DNA of 29,862 nucleotides, from IMG/VR virus record IMGVR_UViG_3300037524_000529, positions 1 to 29,862 of that record; one strand, given 5' to 3'. Shown here one piece after another: positions 24,579 to 29,862 of the stretch (its first letter is position 1; the number at the start of each line of letters is the position of its first letter). This stretch comes from a virus (taxonomy: Duplodnaviria; Caudoviricetes). The notes beneath the pieces are model-generated. The model was not told the DNA's origin. It saw only the letters and a list, made by a program, of their open reading frames with translations, and made no database searches. The position numbers and the translations under genes were made by a program.

Positions 24579-26306
24579 ATGTCATCAGTAAAAACTAATC
24601 AATTTGATTACATAGCCGACATTGGAATTACTGGTAGTGTTGGTATAGGTACTGCACCTTCCTCTACATATAAACTAGACTGCCAGGGGATGATGCGTAT
24701 AAAAGATCTTGGAAACTCATTATACGTATTTAATGATCAATTTGGTATAGGAACTCCGGACTCCAGCGGTCTGCAATTATTTTACGGAGATGCAGATAAT
24801 TTTCGTATTGGGACTATGACTTCTGGGGGAATATTTTCAGAGACGATGCGATTAGATTCAAGTGGAAATCTCGGACTCGGCAAAGCAGCTCCTGGTGTCA
24901 AATTCGACGTTGAAGGAGCATCGGGTGTATCTCAGCGCATCGGAACTAGCTCATCGTCTTTTTATATTCAGCATAACGGGTCAACTGACACACATATATA
25001 TACTGCAGAATCAGCCCCCCTCCGGTTTGGAACCAATAACACAGAGAGGATGCGGGTGTCTGCCTCTGGTAATGTTGGGATTGGTGAAGTATCTCCAAGT
25101 ACTAAATTGCATATCACTGATGGTTCAGGCGCACGAATAAGAGTTAGTGGAGCTGTTGGATCTGGAATAGAGTTTAATGATGTTAATACACGAATCGCCA
25201 TAAGCGCTACGAATCAACTGGACTTTTATACAAGCAATGCTAATCGCATGAGAATATCTGCCTCTGGTGATGTCGGAATAGGGGCTGATTCTCCATCAAA
25301 TAGGGTTCATATCACGGATACTGGGAGTGTATTCGTAAGAGTCGAGTCGTCTACCCTACTGAATACTGGTCAGTTTGGCGTAGATAGTGCTGGGGTATTA
25401 GTAAACTGTCTTGGATCCTATCCCATGCAATTTAGCATTCAGGGTACTAACCAGCTTAAATTAAATCCAGATACGACTGCTGGTACTAGGGGTCCAATTA
25501 CAGTAGGTAGCCTGAATACTGGGATTAATAGATTCGCATATGTGGACTTAGTAGGCGATGATACTAATGCGTATGGTTTAAGGATTATTCGGAATAATAC
25601 CGGAGTAAATGCTAATAGTGTTATAACGCATAAAGGCACTGGCGATCTTAGCCTGATTACTGAAGGATTAGCCAATTTGCATATTGCAACATCTGGACTA
25701 TCCAGGGCCTTTTTTAGTCCTGCGGGGGCATTTCAGTTGGGCACCCTTAATTTACCAGATACTACGCATAGTGCATGGAGCTCATCTATAACTGCAACTA
25801 CTTTTGAAGTAGCTAATCGTTCAACTAGTTCCAGCAGTCAAGCATTAAGTCCGTTGACTATAGACAAGGCTTATCATAGCACTGGAAGCAACCGTTATTT
25901 AAATTTCTCAAATAATGGGACTGTAAAGGCCTACATAACCATAGATAATGCTGGAAATGCCACATTCCAGGCCGTATCTGATCGACGTGTAAAAACAAAC
26001 ATCCAGGCGCTCACAGCTATAAATAAAATCATGCAACTTAATCCAGTAAGTTATGAATTAAAGTCTGGTGGAGATGGGGTAGGGTTTATAGCCCAGGAGT
26101 TTTTCGAAGTATTTCCTACATTTGTAGACCGAACTGATGACGGAGCCGGCAGTGACTTACCGAATGGGGTTAAACCATGGTCCATGGGCTATGGCGGTCT
26201 AGTCCCATATTTGACTAAAGCACTTCAAGAACTCAAAAATATCGTCGATGATCAGCAAAGAGAAATCAATACGTTAAAGTCTAAGATCGAAGCTTTAGAG
26301 GCTTAA
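24579..26306 (+). CDS. Tail fibre protein with C-terminal intramolecular chaperone (peptidase S74)
   Basis: Repeats of MR-x3-SG-N/D-VGIG-x2-SP-x2-KLHI. C-terminal SDRRVKTNI...IMQLNPVSY...GFIAQE...YGGLVPYLTKALQEL plus a coiled coil from 25977 is the S74 autocleaving chaperone. Confidence 0.9.
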   Translation: MSSVKTNQFDYIADIGITGSVGIGTAPSSTYKLDCQGMMRIKDLGNSLYVFNDQFGIGTPDSSGLQLFYGDADNFRIGTMTSGGIFSETMRLDSSGNLGLGKAAPGVKFDVEGASGVSQRIGTSSSSFYIQHNGSTDTHIYTAESAPLRFGTNNTERMRVSASGNVGIGEVSPSTKLHITDGSGARIRVSGAVGSGIEFNDVNTRIAISATNQLDFYTSNANRMRISASGDVGIGADSPSNRVHITDTGSVFVRVESSTLLNTGQFGVDSAGVLVNCLGSYPMQFSIQGTNQLKLNPDTTAGTRGPITVGSLNTGINRFAYVDLVGDDTNAYGLRIIRNNTGVNANSVITHKGTGDLSLITEGLANLHIATSGLSRAFFSPAGAFQLGTLNLPDTTHSAWSSSITATTFEVANRSTSSSSQALSPLTIDKAYHSTGSNRYLNFSNNGTVKAYITIDNAGNATFQAVSDRRVKTNIQALTAINKIMQLNPVSYELKSGGDGVGFIAQEFFEVFPTFVDRTDDGAGSDLPNGVKPWSMGYGGLVPYLTKALQELKNIVDDQQREINTLKSKIEALEA

Positions 26307-26319
26307 ACAAGGGGTTAAC

Positions 26320-26673
26320 ATGCCAAGAGTATTCGGATATGATTATAGCGCAGGTGGTGACATACTATATGGCCCCTTTACAATACTTGATAATCAGGCA
26401 GTGCCAGCAATTATTGTCACAGCACCATTAACCCAAAAGTTCCATCAATTCCAGTACTCACTGGAACGCAATGGCCTCACTAGGACTGGGATAATTTTAA
26501 TAGCAACTGATGGGGTAGCAATAACGTCTATCTCTGAGGATAATGCCAGGTGCGCTGACCTAGGTGTTGTATTCAGCGCAGCCATATCCGGGCCGGATTT
26601 ATTGATAAAATATACCTCCTCTTCTGCTGGATATTTGGGTACGTTCAAATATTATAAGAAGTCGTGGAGTTAA
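26320..26673 (+). CDS. Small virion/fibre-associated beta-sandwich protein
   Basis: 117 aa. YSLERNGLTRTG-x-I-x-IATDG...LGVVFSAAISGPDLLIKYT...FKYYKKSWS is paralogous to a domain in the 20796 and 26677 genes. SD AAGGGGT upstream. Confidence 0.7.
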   Translation: MPRVFGYDYSAGGDILYGPFTILDNQAVPAIIVTAPLTQKFHQFQYSLERNGLTRTGIILIATDGVAITSISEDNARCADLGVVFSAAISGPDLLIKYTSSSAGYLGTFKYYKKSWS

Positions 26674-26676
26674 GCA

Positions 26677-27807
26677 ATGAAAAATGCCATGATTTTCGAA
26701 AATCCAGTTGTTGTGGGGGCAATGTCATTAGCACCGACACCAGTAGTTAATGGTGCGATATATTTCGATACGACATTGATGCAATTTCAATTTTATGAAA
26801 ATGGGACTTGGCGGTCTATCTACTCGCCTCCTTACGTAGCCGCGAATACAGCTCTATCTAATCTGACGTCACCCACAGCCATCAATCAAGATCTACTCCC
26901 GGCTGGCAGCTACAATCTTGGATCCTCCGTCAGTGCGTGGGCATCTGTATACGTTCAGGGGGCCGTATATTCAGACTCACTAGTGTCTAAATCAGCGCCG
27001 TCTAACTATTTGATGCAATTTATCGATAATGGATCGAGTAGTTTCTACCAAGTGGGGAGCTCATCATCATACCCGCTTTTAGTGGGCCTTCAGCGCGCCA
27101 CCGATCCGTCTGCCTATTTATTGGCTGGAATGATATATTATAACACGGCTACCAACATATTCCGCTATTATAATGGGTCAATTTGGGTGGATATGGGGGC
27201 TGGAGCTGGCGCAAATCAGTCTCTAAGTAACTTAATTTCAACATCAATAAATCAATCACTGGTTCCGGACTCAGATGGCACTCGAAATCTCGGAACGTCT
27301 CTTATCCGATGGTCCACCGCCTATTGCGACTCGCTTGATTCGCCCTCTATATATAATGATAACGACTTGTCTATTCAATCATCGACTGGGGCTGTGGCTA
27401 TAGAAGGCTCTTCGTTGCAAGTCAAAGCGCTAATGAGGCAATTCGCTACGAATAACACTGCAAAATATCTGGAAACTGAATATTTCTACGACATATCAAT
27501 GATTGGTAATACTACTGTGCCGACTGTTATATCTGAGCTAACATACGATACAGCTGACTGCCGCGGAATGATCATTGAAATGAGTCTAGTTGATGAAAGT
27601 ACGGGAGAGGCTGCTGTGGGGCAAATGATGATAGTAAACAGAGATGCAATTGAGCAACCAAGCCTAACTGCGGACTTTACAGATACCGACGGCCTGAATT
27701 TTGATTTTACGGCAGATTTAAATTCAGGGCTAATACGAGTAAAATACACAAATCTGCTGACTACGGACATTAGCGCATGCTTTTTTGTACGGAGATTCGT
27801 GATTTAA
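26677..27807 (+). CDS. Fibre-like virion protein with an internal duplication
   Basis: Two copies of [P-x4-6-G-x-IY-F/Y-x-T...F-x-F/Y-Y-x-NG-x-W]-[AN-x2-LSNL...INQ-x-L-x-P...NLG-x-S-x3-W], then a C-terminal beta-sandwich. Confidence 0.7.
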   Translation: MKNAMIFENPVVVGAMSLAPTPVVNGAIYFDTTLMQFQFYENGTWRSIYSPPYVAANTALSNLTSPTAINQDLLPAGSYNLGSSVSAWASVYVQGAVYSDSLVSKSAPSNYLMQFIDNGSSSFYQVGSSSSYPLLVGLQRATDPSAYLLAGMIYYNTATNIFRYYNGSIWVDMGAGAGANQSLSNLISTSINQSLVPDSDGTRNLGTSLIRWSTAYCDSLDSPSIYNDNDLSIQSSTGAVAIEGSSLQVKALMRQFATNNTAKYLETEYFYDISMIGNTTVPTVISELTYDTADCRGMIIEMSLVDESTGEAAVGQMMIVNRDAIEQPSLTADFTDTDGLNFDFTADLNSGLIRVKYTNLLTTDISACFFVRRFVI

Positions 27808-27810
27808 TTA

Positions 27811-27838
27811 GCTTTTATAATATGTTAGCCGAAAGGCT
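27811..27838 (+). promoter_or_regulatory. TATAAT-containing motif and small GNRA hairpin in an intergenic gap
   Basis: GCTTTTATAATA (27811-27822) resembles ATCTTATAATA at 2343. AGCC-GAAA-GGCT hairpin at 27827-27838. Confidence 0.3.
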
Positions 27839-27901
27839 TAATAATAATTCGACGTTACTGCTCATGCCAACCGATTAATTTTTTGTAGAGGAGAGATAAA
27901 A

Positions 27902-29862
27902 ATGATTAATGCACAAAAATTTAGTAGACCCATAGTCCTCGGCGTATTATCCGCCGATCCATCGTCGCCAGTAAATGGCGCTATTTATTATAATTCAGTC
28001 TCTAATAAGTTTAGAGCCTATGTTAATGGCGCGTGGGCCGATATCGCTACCGGTACCATATCACTTACTGGCCAGCCATTGAACCAGTACCACGTAGTAG
28101 TGGGTAATGCATCTAATTTATCAGCAGCTGTCGATACCTCAGCATCTGGGGATATCCAAGCAAGCAGCACTGGTGGCTTGGAGATTAAATCTGGCACTAT
28201 CGTTGATGCCGACATAAGTGCATCAGCAGCCATAGCCTTCAGCAAAATGGCCGCTCTATCTGCAGATTATGCTCTAGTCTCTAGTGCACTGGGAGTCGTA
28301 TCGACTTCATCTGTAACTAGCACAGAACTCGGATATGTTTCTGGCGTAACAAGCTCCATTCAGACCCAATTGGGCAATAAACAGCCGCTAGATGCTACTT
28401 TGACTGCTTTGGCAGCATTTAACTCAAATGGTATACTCACTCAGACCGCTGCCGATACATTCGCAGCAAGATCTATTGCCGCTGGATCAACTAAGGTTAG
28501 CGTAAGCAATGGGGATGGCGTTTCTGGCAATCCTACGATCGATGTGTCGGAAGCTAATTTAAATTTAGCTAATATCGGCGGTACACTCGCAGTAAGCCAG
28601 ATTGCAGCTTTAACCGCAAGCAAAGCCGTAGTTACTGATGGATCTGGATACATCTCAGCTTCTACCGTAACAAGCGCAGAAGTTGGGTACCTGTCTGGTG
28701 TCTCCTCTAATATTCAGACCCAGTTAGATAATAAGTTGTCACTGTCTGGCGGGACAATGACTGGTGCTATCAATATGGGTGGTAGCAAGATCACGAGCCT
28801 CGGCGCTCCGACTGCTGGCGGCGATGCGGTAAATAAGACCTATGCCGATAACTTGATTGCAGGTCTGTCCTGGAAAGCTCCCGTAATCGATATCCGAGCT
28901 CAGTCGGCACTCCCTGGTAGCCCGACGACCGGTGATCGTTATTTGTTGAATGATGGTGCCAACGTAAACAGTATCGCTGAGTGGGATGGGTCTCAATGGC
29001 TGTATTTTGCGCCCTCTGCGAATTGGGCAGCCTTTGATTCATCTACTGACTTTGGGCACACCTATAACTCACAGAGCGTATCGACATTCAAGTGGGTTCA
29101 ATTCTCTGGCGCCGCTTCGTTTGTTGCTGGAATTGGCCTGACACAATCCGGAAATACTATCAATGTAAATCTGGGAGCAGGCATTAAAGAACTCCCGACT
29201 GATGAAATTGGTTTGGATCTGTATTCTGCCAGTGCATTAGATTTAGTTGACCCGACAACTGGAAACCCGTCATCTGCTACAGATGCTCAATTGAGCTTAA
29301 AATTGGATGGATCCACACTCAGCAAATCTGCTAGTGGTGTCAAGGTTGCGGACGGTGGAATCACTAATACTCAGGTAAATGCATCAGCAGCAATTGCATA
29401 CTCCAAATTATCTTTATCCAATAGCATCGTTAATTCGGACATTTCTAGCTCGGCAGCAATCGCATTAAGTAAATTAGCCACTTTGACAGCTTCTAGAGCA
29501 TTAACATCTGACGCCTCAGGATATATTGCAGCTTCTTCTGTAACTAGCACTGAACTTGGATATCTATCTGGCGTTACTAGTTCTATTCAAACTCAATTAG
29601 GCGATAAGCTAAATACAACTTTCGATAATGTCGATAGTGGCGGCATCCAAAATGATTTGATACCGGATGGTAGCAATACACGCGATTTAGGGTCGGAAGG
29701 CAATCCCTCTAGCAAAGGTTGGGCTAATCTGTATGTTCATGCGATCAAACATCCAAATAACTTTACACGCGGTGATATCGAATTTGCCGGCAACTTGGTC
29801 CCTGATTCTGGTGGCACTTATACACTCGGATCGTCATCTGCAGCTTTTGGTACCGGCTATAT
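27902..29862 (+). CDS. Long tail fibre-like protein, 3'-truncated by the window (not in the ORF track)
   Basis: ATG at 27902 after SD GAGGAG, with no stop seen to the window end ([32 protein letters not shown]...). It has three VTS-x-E-x-GY-x-SGV-x-S-x-IQTQL repeats (28313, 28667, 29540), [24 protein letters not shown]...DAVNKTYAD, and a DUF2793-like [12 protein letters not shown]...IAEWDGSQW segment. Confidence 0.85.
   Translation, partial: MINAQKFSRPIVLGVLSADPSSPVNGAIYYNSVSNKFRAYVNGAWADIATGTISLTGQPLNQYHVVVGNASNLSAAVDTSASGDIQASSTGGLEIKSGTIVDADISASAAIAFSKMAALSADYALVSSALGVVSTSSVTSTELGYVSGVTSSIQTQLGNKQPLDATLTALAAFNSNGILTQTAADTFAARSIAAGSTKVSVSNGDGVSGNPTIDVSEANLNLANIGGTLAVSQIAALTASKAVVTDGSGYISASTVTSAEVGYLSGVSSNIQTQLDNKLSLSGGTMTGAINMGGSKITSLGAPTAGGDAVNKTYADNLIAGLSWKAPVIDIRAQSALPGSPTTGDRYLLNDGANVNSIAEWDGSQWLYFAPSANWAAFDSSTDFGHTYNSQSVSTFKWVQFSGAASFVAGIGLTQSGNTINVNLGAGIKELPTDEIGLDLYSASALDLVDPTTGNPSSATDAQLSLKLDGSTLSKSASGVKVADGGITNTQVNASAAIAYSKLSLSNSIVNSDISSSAAIALSKLATLTASRALTSDASGYIAASSVTSTELGYLSGVTSSIQTQLGDKLNTTFDNVDSGGIQNDLIPDGSNTRDLGSEGNPSSKGWANLYVHAIKHPNNFTRGDIEFAGNLVPDSGGTYTLGSSSAAFGTGY

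Larger units (their letters stand above)
2399..29862 (+). mobile_element. Contractile-tail morphogenesis module of a large myovirus-type phage or prophage
   Basis: Co-oriented, tightly packed gene order: chaperones, tape measure, hub, spike, gp25/LysM, baseplate J, wedge 2, tube-like, fibres. No capsid, terminase or integrase lies in the window, so lifestyle cannot be determined. Confidence 0.85.

Noticed and set aside
147-29042. The many minus-strand and nested alternative-frame ORFs of 60-165 aa
   Set aside because: Nearly all lie inside or across long + strand genes with recognisable motifs and show no family signature. They are treated as shadow ORFs.
1-29862. Alternative genetic code (stop-codon reassignment) as in some large phages
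   Set aside because: Genes tile densely in code 11, and TAG, TGA and TAA all terminate genes right before the next start (for example TAG at 10058 and 20263, TGA at 2770).
2399-29862. eCIS, tailocin or T6SS rather than phage
   Set aside because: No Afp15-like ATPase, DUF4157 or T6SS membrane components are seen, and the gene sizes and multiple long fibres fit a large phage better. It cannot be fully excluded without capsid genes in view.
24579-29862. Diversity-generating retroelement or invertible shufflon acting on the fibres
   Set aside because: There is no reverse transcriptase or invertase, no near-identical TR/VR pair differing at adenines, and no inverted cassettes. The repeats are diverged at synonymous sites.

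Overview
The window is almost fully coding on the + strand and reads cleanly in the standard genetic code. From about 2.4 kb to the end it is the tail, baseplate and fibre module of a large contractile-tailed (myovirus-type) phage or prophage. In order it encodes two probable tail-assembly chaperones, a 733-aa tape measure, a baseplate hub and a central spike with a fused PAAR-like tip. These are followed by a fused tube-initiator/LysM/gp25-like protein, a very large (1849 aa) baseplate-J/gp6-like wedge, a second wedge protein and a tail-tube paralogue. It ends in a run of modular fibre proteins, one with a peptidase S74 chaperone, and one that runs off the right edge and is missing from the ORF track. 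The first 1.9 kb is a toxin-antitoxin-like cassette: a Panacea (DUF4065) protein with a RelB-like acidic tail, an apparently intact RelE-family toxin, a chimeric ORF, and a second, divergent Panacea protein. The chimeric ORF joins a DUF1778/TacA-like C-terminal segment, an MqsA/YgiT-type zinc ribbon and an unassigned domain. That makes about five antitoxin-type modules for one visible toxin, which suggests a phage-borne multi-antitoxin (anti-TA-defence) array. This is the most interesting hypothesis here and it is untested. All family calls come from motifs recognised by eye, not from database searches.
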